Source: Chrysomallon squamiferum (taxonomy: Eukaryota; Animalia; Mollusca). Taken from it: DNA of 64,000 nt. Position 1 is the stretch's first letter, and the number at the start of each line of letters is the position of its first letter. Positions 25,459-44,135 of the stretch are shown piece by piece. Both the position numbers and the translations under genes were made by a program. The notes under the pieces are model-generated. The model did not search any database, was not told where the DNA came from, and saw only the letters and a program-made list of their open reading frames with translations. Location of the stretch: NCBI GenBank assembly GCA_012295275.1, contig CM022679.1, positions 868,001 to 932,000 on the forward strand. Reading direction: 5' to 3'.

Positions 25459-28400
25459 ATGTCGCATGTCGGCACATGGCGACAACTGATACACTGGGGA
25501 CCATTAATTGCCTTGTCTGTCATTTTTCACATTGCAATTGTGACAATAAATTGTACTTTGATGTGGTGGCCAATTACATCATTTGGTGGAGCCTTTAACT
25601 TTATTGTTTTCTGTACATGGGTGACTTTAACATTATACAACTATTTCCAAGCTACTTGGAAGGGACCAGGATTCGTTCCATTAGGATGGACACCTGTAAG
25701 TAGTTATTAAACACTAAATAATTTCTACTGGTTATAGAGGTACATTTGTTAATCATATTTAAACATGAATTATATATATAAAATTTATTTAATAGAATTT
25801 GTCTAACCTTTAAATTAAATGATTCATGTAACATTTAAAAAATTTTTTTAACCTGATATGTAATAATAATAACAGTAATAATAAATTAAGAAGAAGGGAA
25901 AAAATAAAAATAAATAAGAACTGATGTATATGTATGTGAATAATAAAATAACCCAGTCATATTTTGCTTTTTATTTCTAAAGTATAAAAATCAAACTTTT
26001 AACATTTTATATGGTGTATATTTCAGAAGGATTCTTCTGCTAGAAAATATTTACAGTTTTGTGATGCCTGTGAAGGTTTCAAAACTCCACGTTCTCATCA
26101 CTGCCGTAAATGTAACAGGTAAAATATTTTCTACATTCCTTACACTGACAGTACTCAGTAGTACAACTAATACTTCTGATAATAAAAGGGTCAACTTCTG
26201 TCTCAAACCCTTATTTTTTACATTATTTATAACAGTTTGTCATGCTGTCAGAATATGTTGCAGATAAAATAATTATTATATGTTTTCATTTAATATTATT
26301 TTTATTATTATTATTTATTTATTTTTTATTTTATTTATTAATACTTTTTTTTTTTAACCACACATATGCTTATAATTTTATTTTTTTTGTTAGTGTCATG
26401 TATAATGAAATGACTACAATTTGTAAATTATTTTATTTTGCTTGTAGGTGTGTCATGAAGATGGACCATCACTGTCCTTGGATCAACACTTGTTGTGGAC
26501 ATTTCAATCATGCAAATTTTGTCTGGTTTCTTTTCTTTGCACCAATTGGTTGTGTACATGCTGTCATTATCCTCATCCCATCAATATATAGAGCTCTCAA
26601 TGTTGTAAGCAACAAAACCTTTAATTATACAAATTTTACATGAGATAAATTTATAATATTAGTTTCTGTTAAAATAGATTTGGGATATAAGAGGAAAATA
26701 AACACCCCAACATATCAACACTGATAACATATCAACACTGGTAACATATCAACACTGATAACATATCAACACTGGTAACATATCAACACTGATAACATAT
26801 CAATACTGATAACATACCAACACTTATAACATGCATGTTTGTTTCTAAATTAATTACTGACTTACACTCACTAGTTCAGACCTTTAAGTTAAATATTAAA
26901 AATCAAGATTCAAAACAAACAACACCCCCAAAATTATATATATTCTATATGTAAGTTTGTCATCAACTGACAAAAATTATGCTAAACAGCAACAGAATTT
27001 CGGTAATTATGGTTGATCTTGGTTGTAGATAAAAAATTTTAGGTTTACTGTTGCATTTTTGCTAAGACAGATTTTTATTTTTTATATATTTATTTTTTAA
27101 ATTATATAATTAGTAGAACATTCAATGTTACAGGAAAAAACAGGCAATCAGAAAACAGTAAAACAATAACAGGTCTTGAAAACTTAGGTTTTCTTCTTCG
27201 TTTACTTTGTAGTTTTATTTATCATTTTTTGTCTTTCTTTATAGATTTATTTACATACTGTCACATTTTCAGCATTACTACTATTTTTATCAAAGAGATG
27301 AGCCTCTCGTACAGTTGGGCATCTTGTCTTTCATCATGTCAATGTTTGGAATTGGGCTGGCTATTGGTGTTGTAATAGCTGTAGGAATGTTGTGTTATAT
27401 ACAGGTAAATACATACACTTTTTTATTATTTTTTTTCTGAAATAAGACTGAAAATTTTCCATTTTGTGAACCTTTGTTTCGATGGAAATCTTATGAGTTT
27501 CAAAACCACAAAGAAAATACATAACTTGTAAGAGAGTAAATAAATAATCAAGAATAATGATGGATTTAAAAAAAAATAAAAAATAAAAATTAATGATTGA
27601 AATGTAATAGAAGTAAATATAATTATATATATATAGGTCAATGTACCACATTTAGTTTTAAAAACAAAAACTTAAGACTGACTTTAAGTTCTTTATCTAC
27701 AAATCACTGTCAAAACTTTTTTTCCAAATTAACCAAATTTAAAAATAATAATAGTACTAATAATAACAGATGTTTGTAAATTGTTGTCGTAAATAAAAAT
27801 TATTTATTTTCTTACAAATGAGATCATAAAAATATTTTCTTTCTGACTGTCAGAATAAAGCCCACTGACAATTCAATAAAATATTTAAATATTTTTAATG
27901 AAATGTTATTTAGACAGTAATTAAATGAAAAAAATTGGCTTGTTTTGTTTCAGATGAAAAGCATATTAAAAAATGAAACTGGTATAGAATCATGGATTAT
28001 TGATAAGGTATTTACTTTCTTTGGATTTAACTATTAGGAATGTTTCCAAGCTTTTCAGTGTGTCATGTGAATAAACCCACAGTTTTGTATATTTATATTT
28101 TTAATGTTATAAATATTTTTTAATGCTGAATTATTATTATGCTATACTTTAAACAGTTAGTACTCAGAAATAAAACGGTTACAGGTGTGCTGTTGGTCTA
28201 ATAATCTATTTCATAATCCACTGTTATGTTGTGTCAAGTTGATCAAAGGTTAGTGCTGTTCCAGTTTCTCGAATGAGATTATAAAAGATTTTCTGTTGTT
28301 GATAAAATGTTATATTTTCCTCTAAGACTGTTTTAATTATGGACATTCATCTTTTAACAGTAGAGTAGAAAAATAACTTTATAGGTGCCATTAATAAGAA

Positions 28401-29970
28401 TGAGACTTTCAGCAGTTAATGATAGAAGCTGACTTTTTGTATTCAAAGATTATTAAACTAAAATATTTATTTTAAAAATGCAGGCAGAAGAAAGAATTCG
28501 AGAAAAAGATGAAGGAGAATTTATTTACCCATACAACCTTGGATACCGACGGAATCTCAAAGAGGTTTTCACGTGGACTGGGAAACCTCTGTCTGATGGT
28601 ATCACGTGGAATGTCGTAGAGGGTTGCAATCAGTACACATTAACTGTAAGTTTAAAACATCACAGTCGTTATGCAGTTAACACTTTATCATTTAGATATT
28701 TTTCATCCAGCTTCTCAGACATTTTGAAAAAAAAAAAAAAAAAATTCAGATTTAATGAAGACATCATTTTATTTTTATTTTTTAAAAAGTTTACAAAAAA
28801 AATTTCAGTGTGAATATTGTCTGTTGAACTCTTCAAATAAATTTTAATAATGTGATTTATTTACTGTGCATTCAGATAGAACAGCTGAAGCAGAAGAGTG
28901 AGAAAAGGGAGAGAACTGTGCAATATATGATAATGGAGGGTTACTCGGGTTCGCTGTTTCCAATCTGGAAGGGTGTAAAAGTTGCATGTTACATTCCTTG
29001 TACTGATGAACCGAGGATTGCAGTCAGACCTGGCCAGAGAGTCTTAGTCACCAGATGGAAAAAGTCAGTTACTAACCAAAGTTTTCTTACCTTCTGTCTC
29101 TGTGATATCCTAGACTGGGTAGATATATCTGTGATTTCATATCTTAGACTGGGTAGATTATATCTGTGATTTCATATCCTAGACTGGGTAGAATATATCT
29201 GTGATTTCATATCCTAGACTGGGTAGATTATATCTGTGATTTCATATCCTAGACTGGGTAGATTATATCTGTGATTTCATATCCTAGACTGGGTAGATTA
29301 TATCTGACATATTTTTAACCATAAATGTTATCTGTCATATCTTATCTTCAAATGCCACATAAGAACATATTCTAAAGTCACTGAGTGGGTAATTAAATAT
29401 TACATTTTTTTTTTCTTCCTCTGCCTCCATAAATCACTGTGGAGATATTAAATTTTAATGAAACATTAAATTAAAATGAATTAAGTTAAGATGAAAATGT
29501 TGAAACAGATACTAATTAATTGTGTTTTCTTTTGAAGACACTGGTTGTACGGGTCCAGAGATGTGACTCCCGAGGAGAAATCAAAACAAAAAACTGGTCA
29601 ACGTAAGTTTTATCAACAACTTTGTGTTAAATATTTTGTGTTATTTGTAACACTGAGTCCTGCTTACTCTGGCTCTGGAATTAATAGTAATAATCAGGGA
29701 ATAATAAAATCATACTATTACTACTATAACCACTACCATCAATAAAAATATAATAATGATAGCAGTAGTAGTAATAATAATAAAATCAATTTTATGGCTT
29801 TAACATAATGTATTCTGTGTACTTTTAATTTTTTTTTTTTTTTTTTTAATGTATAACAAACATTATTTTGTTCCTATTTTTCAGGTAAGTCAAGAATTAG
29901 AGGTTGGTTTCCACGGCGATGTGCAAAAGAAATTATCGATGATAACATGAACAATAAAAAACATTTTTGA
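25459..29970 (+). CDS. ZDHHC6: Palmitoyltransferase ZDHHC6 (DHHC cysteine-rich domain, C-terminal SH3, KKxx ER signal)
   Basis: Nine exons: 25459-25695, 26027-26118, 26448-26604, 27273-27404, 27954-28007, 28484-28645, 28876-29063, 29538-29602, 29885-29970. Motifs HWGPLIAL, GPGFVPLGW, [75 protein letters not shown], terminal KKHF. Confidence 0.96.
26709..26832 (+). repeat. 17-bp tandem repeat, about 7 copies, ZDHHC6 intron 3
   Basis: aacatatcaacactg(a/g)t repeated. Confidence 0.9.
29098..29306 (+). repeat. About 35-bp tandem repeat, about 6 copies, ZDHHC6 intron 7 shortly after the donor
   Basis: atatctgtgatttcatatcctagactgggtagatt repeated. Confidence 0.9.
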
Positions 29971-30918
29971 ACATCAAGTGCCAACAATAATATTCTTTTT
30001 TACAAATAATATACAAATGCAAACCAGTTTATACAATTTAAAAAAATATATAAAATGAATTCATGTGAATAAAAAAAAATGTTAGTGATTGGAAATGAGA
30101 TATTTGTTTTACAAAACTAGTTTGTTTATCTTTTAATGTTGTATGAAACTTGTTTTTTTCTAATTATCGAATAAACTTCAAAGTGTTTAACTTACAGTTA
30201 AAATCAAGTTATAATCAAATGACAAATTTTTATTATTTTATTAAATAAAATAAATATATAAATAAAGTCTGAGTTTATTGTGAATGAAGATATCTGCTTT
30301 GTTAACAAACTGTGTCTTTATAAACACAAATGTGACTGATTACTAATAAAAGGTCATGTTTCAAACTGTAATTCTTGAAATATATTCTAAAAGTTTTTGT
30401 GTATTTATCTATATAAAGGATCCAGATCTGATGCCATTATACATCTTATTCAAGTATTACGATAAAACCATTGATGCTGACTTGACTTGTGAACTCTGTC
30501 TATAATACAATTATATTATATTATGCACACACATACATACATATATGCATACACATCCACACACATTCATGTGTGTGTGTGAATATATATGTGATCTGTT
30601 GACTGTACAGAATCATCAGTTTTATTTTAATTGGATTAAAAATGCAATGATAAATGTTGGTATCAACCTGTTAAAGACTGTAAATATAATAATAATAATA
30701 ATAATAATAGGTACTGTTCCAATCAACTGAAATATTATTATTATTATTATTATTAATGGTAGTAGTAGAAGTAAAAGTAATAGTAATAACAGTAGTAGTA
30801 ATTATTTAAAATAGTATCAACAATAATACATAAATAAAGCTTATGGACTAAACTTTTTATGAGAAGTATACATTGAGAGTAAACCAGAGTTATCTATCTT
30901 GAATTAATTGTGAGCAAA

Positions 30919-36270
<5,352 letters not shown>

Positions 36271-37807
36271 TAGTAAAGGAAAGGATCCATTAAAAAAATC
36301 ATCAATTTTTATTGTGCCTGTGATTTTATTTTAGGTATGCAAGACAATGAGCAGAGAAAGATCTCTATATCAAATGTCTTTTAAATTAAAGTAAAGTAAA
36401 ACAAAATAAATAAATAAAATAAATAATACTTGTTGCGACATCTTTGAAGAAAAGTATTGTAATTTTGACATGATTAAAAGTACAGAATTGTGTTTGTCTT
36501 AGTTAAATGTTTTCAGAGATTGTTGTTTGGTTTCAAAATTGGAACTAGGAATCATACACCAAACAGAGAGGTGAAAGTAAAATGTACACACTGAAAACAT
36601 CACACAAATCCAGGCACTGTTCTTCAGAGAGCTAGCAAGAAATAAATAATAAATTCAATAATAAAAACACAAAAGATTTTAATGTTGTGTTAACTGATTA
36701 CAGAATGACTAGGTTTTCCAAACACATAAGAGATTTCATACAACAAAACATCTTTAGATTACTTGAATAATGAACTTTATGTATCTCCATAATATCAAGC
36801 ATGTAGAACAAATATATTACAATATATATTATACATTAGAAAATATATGGTACAATAACTATAATTTTGTTTTGTTAGATTTATATTATTTCATGAGTGT
36901 GATACAAACAGAGAATGTTTTAAAGATACATGGTTTCCACTTGTTACAAAAATACTCTTTTACAATTGAGATCAAACTTCATCACACACCATTATCACCA
37001 GTGCTTCCATGAAAAACAAGTCCTCGTTTATTTAAAGCTTAGATTCTGCAAAAACTGAAATGTTTGAGATGTCTGAAACCCATGCAGAGATAAATAAATG
37101 TTGAACATATATTAAAGCATTATAAGAAAAGAAAATGTTTCTATGCATATGTCACTAATTCAAAATCTCCATTCCTGCATATATGTAAAACCATTGTGTA
37201 AAAGCAGTGTACGACCGTCTCACACTACAATATTTTAACACAGGGTGATCCTTGTTACACAAAATGTGTTTGATGACCTTACCTGAGTGAAATTCATTAA
37301 TTTCCTAACATTTCTTATTGTAATATGATATGATGTAGTTTGATATTAGAAAAACCAGTTCTTGTCATGTTTGACTCAAGTGTGACACATTGACAAAATG
37401 TCTGTCTATATAAATCAATAAATTGTTTCATTGTGAAAACAAATGTTTAGCTTTCTAAAAACTTTAATTTATGCACCTGTAATATTTCTGACAGTTATAA
37501 AATTAATTCAATAGCTACTTTATGCAGATGTATAACACAGCCCAGTCTATGCATTATGACAGATGTGGAAACGAATGATATAAAAAAATACCTGTTATGA
37601 AGAAGAGATTGATTTAAACTTTGATTTTAACAATAACTGGAAATAAAATGAGCTTAACTAAAGTACACAGATAAACGTGGTGAATCTAAAATTTTGTTAC
37701 CTAAATACTTTTAATAGCTTTTAACAATATATATATATATATTTTTTCTAAACCAATGTATAAGACAAAAAATAAATGAATAAAAAAAATTAAATGTAGT
37801 TCATGAA

Positions 37808-40495
37808 TTAATCAACTTTGCCAATCTTGTCTCTTTTTCGTGGTTGAAAAAACCGGCCTACATTTCCAACAATAAGAAACACAAGTACAACAACATGTCC
37901 TAGAAAATAAATTGATTTCCAATATCGGATGGTGGAATTGTAACTTAGCAGGAGAAAGCCCATACACATGTAGTCGAAGCCTCGCATCTTGAAGAACCAG
38001 CAGGCGAAGTCAAACAGTTTCTGCTTCTGCTCAGACGTGCCAGAGCGGAATGTCTGCGTCATGGCTTCCTCCGCCATCAGTATGGGTGGCACTGTGAGAA
38101 AACTGAGGTAGTACCCAGGGTGGATACCATGCCAGAACGCACTCACACTCATAGTGATCAGCACACTGCAAATGTGAAACAATACACACTTTGTAAATGT
38201 AGAAAGCATATACTACACAGTTTATTACTTTAACTTCTGCATTATCAACTCGTGCCACTTATTACTACAATTCAGATCCATTATCAACTGTAGTTAAGAC
38301 ATTTAATACAATTTAGATGCATTCTCTACTGCAGTTGAAATAGGACCTGACTTTGTAAACTCAGCTTCTCAACTATGACCAGAGTTAACTATGCTGATTC
38401 TGAAAATACTAAAACATGCTAAAGAAGTAGTTAAATATGTATATTTCTTGCTGGTGCTTATATTTAATGTACTATCATAACAGCTAAAACAAAAAGACAG
38501 CCTGAATCTGTTTTTACAAACTGTGTCATGAAATTCTATCTTAATCAAGTTAATTATGTTATTTATTTAGCAGAAATTTATTATTGTTTGTATTTTCCAG
38601 CTGCTCTGAAATGATTGATGTACATTAATTGTAACAGCAGTTTGTACAATTTTATTTGAAGTATTTTTGGCACCTCTCCTCAAAAGTATGTTCTTGTGAA
38701 CTTTTTAAATAGTATGTTTAGATAACAGTATGACCCTTAAAAACATTACATACAAGAATTTTTTTTTATTTGAACATTAGTGTATTAATATTTTCAGTAT
38801 GTGAGAATAACTGTATAAATACATAAAATGTTCATATCTTTTTTATTTAAACAAATTTGAAGCATATTCTTTATTTCTATTAATATTTGCAATTAATTAT
38901 ATAACAAAATTCTGTAAAAGCACAATTTTATTTTTTTTTGACTGAAAATCTTAATTAAAATATTTTACTGAATTTTTTTTTTATTATATCTCAGTCATTT
39001 CCTATTACTGACAACTCATCTGACAAGTAAACTAAAATTACTGACAACTCACCGAAACGCTTTCAGTGACTTTGGCACTCTGTGATGCACATTGGCTGCC
39101 AGCCAGTATTGAACCGTCATGTTCCAGCTCCTCAGTCCTTCTTTAGTTGTGGGCGCCAACTCACAGCCGTAGATGTTGAGATTGTGAACAGTTTCAAAAT
39201 CATACTGCACAGTCTGACCAGAGTCCTGCTGTTTTCTGTGAATACAAACATTAAACAAATCTCAACACGTTTTAATATTAACTTGTACTGGGTATGACAT
39301 GTTGGTGGGGTTTTTTTTGTTTTGTTTTTTATGACGATGACACAAGTAATTGACATCACCATTCTCTACACATAAGCTATTTATAAATTTGTCAGTTAGC
39401 AAAGTAGAAATATGATATGTGTGTCAAGATAAAGTGAAAACCAATTATAGGAAAATACCAAGGACAAGATAAAGAAAACAAGAATGTATCTGTGTGGTAT
39501 TTGCTTTTGTAAACAATAATGAATGGAAAAAAAAAAAAAAGCTTCGGTTTACAATACATTAAACACAGATTTACAATCATTCAGACACTATGTGATCAAC
39601 AAACTGCCAGACAATGAAAGAAACCTGCATCTTCCATGGCTTTGGTTTCCCAACTAGCACTGAGTTATGTCCCTTCTCTAACACCAATGAAGTGGACAGA
39701 AATGAAAATAAAAAAATGTGTTGTAAACATCTGCAAAAACATTTTAAATGCTGACTTATTCTGTTAACACACACTTACATTTCATCGAGAGCTTTTAGAT
39801 CTGTGGGGCCTGTTCCACATTTTGGTTTTGACTTCACTGGGTAGGCTCCTAGAGCTGCTGTAATAGCAATACACTCTGCGATAATCCACGCAAAGTACAG
39901 ACGAGTTCGAAACATTATGAACATAGGAACCATGTAGAACAGCCGAAACCAAAACGGTTCATGTGTGAATTCATCTGACTCCACATACTAAAAAATATTT
40001 ATAAATGTTCTAAAAACATCTGTCTGTCTGTCTGTCAATCCATATATAAACAGTCCCACCAACAAGCAGATTTCTAAAGGTTATATATTAGCACAGCCAT
40101 ACAAATAATAATTATTTTCCCCCAAAAATATAGAAAGAAAAACAAGAATGATTACTTACTAACAATTCTATTTATTTTGTGATATTCATGCTGTTGGTGC
40201 AAGGATTACTTCATTGTTTGTTTCTGGATGAGAGAAGTTATTTCTCCCTAAAACAAGGTTTTGTGTCAGGATACATATTACAGTAAGCAGAACATCATGA
40301 TACAAGTAGTGTACTGGAATCGTGACAACACTTACCTGGATGCTGAAGTACCTGGTAACTGCCAGGTAACAAAATGCTATGACTGGTACAGGTTTCATTT
40401 TGGCTATAAATGGCTGCCATGTTTCAATCTGATCAGCTGAAGAATTCTCCAGCCAGTCTTGGTAAGTTCTGTATTTGTAATATGGCCCTGTTGAA

Positions 40496-40528
<33 letters not shown>

Positions 40529-43163
40529 TGTTTTTATATGACTATATTTTACTCCTTTAACAACCTGTAAATGTAATGCAGATATTATTATTCTTAATTT
40601 ACCTATTTTGTAATTCAATAACAAATAATAGAACTTTCCTGTGTTATATTTCCATAAGAGTACTGAATAATTAAATCATCTGTTTTTATTACAATCAAAA
40701 ATTACTTTCATACCATCAAAATTGTTTTATGAAATAATTGTTGTTAATGATATTTTAAAAATATAAAGATGTATTTCATTATAATTCAGGATATTTTTAT
40801 TTTACTTTTCATCATGTTTATTACATGAATACCCTAACATTTACAATTATAATAAAGTATAATTACAAGTTTATTGCGAGATAATTTTTTGTAAACCTGT
40901 CAGTATTCCAATGTAGCAGTAGGCGTAACAGCAGATGTCTAATCCAGCAGGGTTTATTTTCACGTATTTCTCCACAAGTTCTCTGTCGTTCTTTTTATCA
41001 TTCTCTTTGAGTTCTGTTTTGTTACTATCATGAATCTCAAATGCTAAACCTACCATCTAAGTAATAAATAAATAGGTAAATAAATAAATAAAGTAACAAA
41101 CAAATAACTAATATTTAAATATGTATATATATATATTATATATATAAAATACAAATGTTAATGAATGTCTTTTACTAATTTTCAGTCAAAGCTTTAAACC
41201 AATGTTGTGGTTTAAATGTCATCAGTTGTTTTATATTAAATTACTTACAATGTTTAAAACAGTTTTGGCCTTTTTATTTTTAATGATAATTTCAGTTTTG
41301 GTAATTGATAATCACCCACACAGTCATCTATTGTAAATAGATAATCACCCACACAGTCATCTATTGTAAATAGATAATCACCCACACAGTCATCTATAGT
41401 AAATAGATAATGACAAAGGGTGAGTGACATCTATAATAAATGGACAATCACCCACAGTCAGTGAGATATCTAGTAAATAGACAATCACCCACAGTCAGTG
41501 AGATATCTAGTAAATAGACAATCACCCACAGTCAGTGAGATATCTAGTAAATAGACAATCACCCACAGTCAGTGAGATATCTAGTAAATAGACAATCACC
41601 CACAGTCAGTGACATCTCTAGTAAATAGACAATCACCCACAGTCAGTGAGATATCTAGTAAATGGACAATCACCAACACAGTCAGTAACATCTCTACTAA
41701 ATGGACAATCACTCACACAGTCAGTGAGATCTCTACTAAATGGACAATCACCAACATAGTCAGTAACATCTCTACTAAATGGACAATCACTCACACAGTG
41801 AGATCTCTAGTAAATGGACAATCACTCACACAGTCAGTGACATCTCTAGTAAATGGACAATCACCCAGTCAGTGAGATCTATAGTAAATGGACAATCACC
41901 CACAGTCAGTGACATCTCTAGTAAATGGACAATCACCCACAGAGTCAGTCACATCTCTACTAAATGGACAATCACCCACACAGTGAGATCTATAATAAAT
42001 GCACAATCACCCACGTGGTCAGTGACACATATAATAAGTGGACAATTAATTACCCGTAGAGTGAGCAACAACTGCACTGCATTGGAGAGAGGATTTGGCA
42101 TTGGCAAACCAAACCAGTGAACTGTTCTAAAGAAAGCCAGATAACCAAAACACCAAACAAACATCACCAGATGACACCACCTGTTACAAAGTTAAAAAAA
42201 AGAAAAGATAATAAAAATAACAATATAATTATTCTGGGCTGTTTTTTCCCTCCCCTTATTAATAATTTCATCATAAAAATTAATTTTACTTTATTTTTGC
42301 TGTGGCAATAAATAAAACATTTTTAAAGAACAGTAAACTGGGAAACAGATTGCACTATGAAACATAACACCAACAAACAAATAAATAAAATTATTATAAT
42401 ATATATGTATAGTAATATTGTAATACTTGTCTTGTGATATTAATTCAATGACTTCTGGGGCCCTAATCCCGAGGATGTCCCAAATGCGATTTTATATATA
42501 CTGTAATTAGCTTAGTGGCTGGATCATTACTATACAGAATTTATATCTGGGTATCATGCTGATCTTAGTCAGAAACCGTGCCCGTCGTAGACGTGCTTCA
42601 CGACAACTTGCTCTGATTAGCACGTTAATTTTGTTCAAGGTTCAAGGTTCAAGCTGATCTGCAATGAGACAGCTGCACTTAAGCAAAAAGCAGTGGTTAC
42701 CCAGACCGTGCCGCAAAGGGCCCTCCTAACTGTTCAAGTTTCTGGGTCCCAAAAACGTAGATCCGGCAGAACTTATTTGAAGAGAATTTCTGAAATTCAA
42801 ACTTGCACACACTGACACAGGCATACACATACGCGTGATACACCTCTTGATTTGATCTCATCATTACATTCAATTAAGTTAAAAATTATGGAGAAAACGA
42901 AAATGATTTGAATTAAAAGACTGAACAAAAAATATATATTAATAAACTTGCCTGGCTGAAATTAATTTTAATATTAAATAACTTCCGATGATCGTCAAAA
43001 TAGAATGCAGCGTGTGTATGTTGCATATTAATAGTATTGTTATAAAGCCAAGTCCACTCGATACATATCTTCTCTTTTGAAAATGTAAAGATTTTACGAA
43101 AACACCGGTAACGAGAGAACAAATTAAGATCAACCCATAAACAGTATCATCTGTAAGGCCCAT
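37808..43163 (-). CDS. MBOAT7: Lysophospholipid acyltransferase 7 (LPIAT1, MBOAT family)
   Basis: Seven minus-strand exons: 43163-42952 (GC donor), 42180-42054, 41056-40897, 40487-40336, 39987-39779, 39235-39053, 38165-37808. Motifs NAVQLLLTLRMVGLAFEIHD, YCYIGILTGPYYKYRTY, RLFYMVPMF, AALGAYPVKSKPKCGTGPT, YDFETVHN, WNMTVQYWLA, SAFWHGIHPGYYLSF (catalytic His), DYMCMGF. Confidence 0.96.
38806..38975 (+). repeat. Dispersed AT-rich repeat, copy 2 (copy 1 at about 31651-31820)
   Basis: Same colinear blocks as copy 1, same + strand orientation. Confidence 0.7.
41307..42052 (-). repeat. About 32-39-bp minisatellite, about 20 copies, abutting and resembling the MBOAT7 exon-2 donor
   Basis: Minus-strand unit ctcactgactgtgg|gtgattgtccatttacta versus the real junction ctcactctacgg|gtaattaattgtccacttatta. 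Confidence 0.9.
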
Positions 43164-43433
43164 GCCTACACCTAGTTTTACACTGGTTTTATTTCACTGA
43201 TCGCTTCTTGTTACTGCCAAAATAATGATTGTCAGATTGCCAGTTTCTGATGTACATCAGAGTTATTCCCCTTAGCTCAAATAAACAAATTTATAATAGA
43301 GTTAGTTCCCATGTTCCTAGTCATCAGAAGCACAATTCTACAGAACAACAAAGTTAAAATTATTGAAGTTACAACGGTGTTTTTTATAGTGATTAAGCAT
43401 GTTTCGGTACGGACGGAATTAATCTGACACAAG
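43164..43433. promoter_or_regulatory. Putative bidirectional promoter MBOAT7/DESI1-like
   Basis: Divergent ATGs 270 bp apart; two motif copies, agagttattcccctt (43259-43273) and agagttagttcccat (43298-43312). Confidence 0.7.
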
Positions 43434-44064
43434 ATGTCTAGTAATGAATCGCACCCCGTTAAAGTATATCTTTATGATATTTCGAAAGGAATGGCGAAAG
43501 CCTTGTCTCCCACAATTCTTGGTAAGTCAATTTTCATTCGTCATTTTGAAAAAGATTAGTAAGTTAATTGAATTATTTATTTATTTATTTTTATTTTTTT
43601 TTTTTTTTTTTTTTAATATTAATATTAATGGGTTTTATTTATTTATTTATTTATTATGTCAACCTTAATGTGTATTTATTTATTTATTGTTGTGAATTTA
43701 TTTGATTTATTTACTGCCCACTATTGTTGTTTTGAATAGACTTAAAATTTTTTGGATTGATGTTGTTTTCAGTACATTTTGTTTCCTTTTAATTATAATT
43801 AAATTAAACTATAATTATAATTAAATTAAACTATTATATCATACTTTCAATACACTTCTTTGTTTCAGGGAAGAGGTTAGATGGGGTGTGGCACACAGGT
43901 GTGGTGGTGTATGGTGAAGAATACTTTTTTGGAGGAATGGGGGGCATAGAGAAGTGTTCAGTGGTAAATGATCTACTTGTACAGATAGCTTTTAATTGTT
44001 TAAAAATGCAGTTTTCACTGTGCTGTATTCTTTGTTATGATTCATTATTTTGAAAAAAATGTAT

Positions 44065-44135
<71 letters not shown>

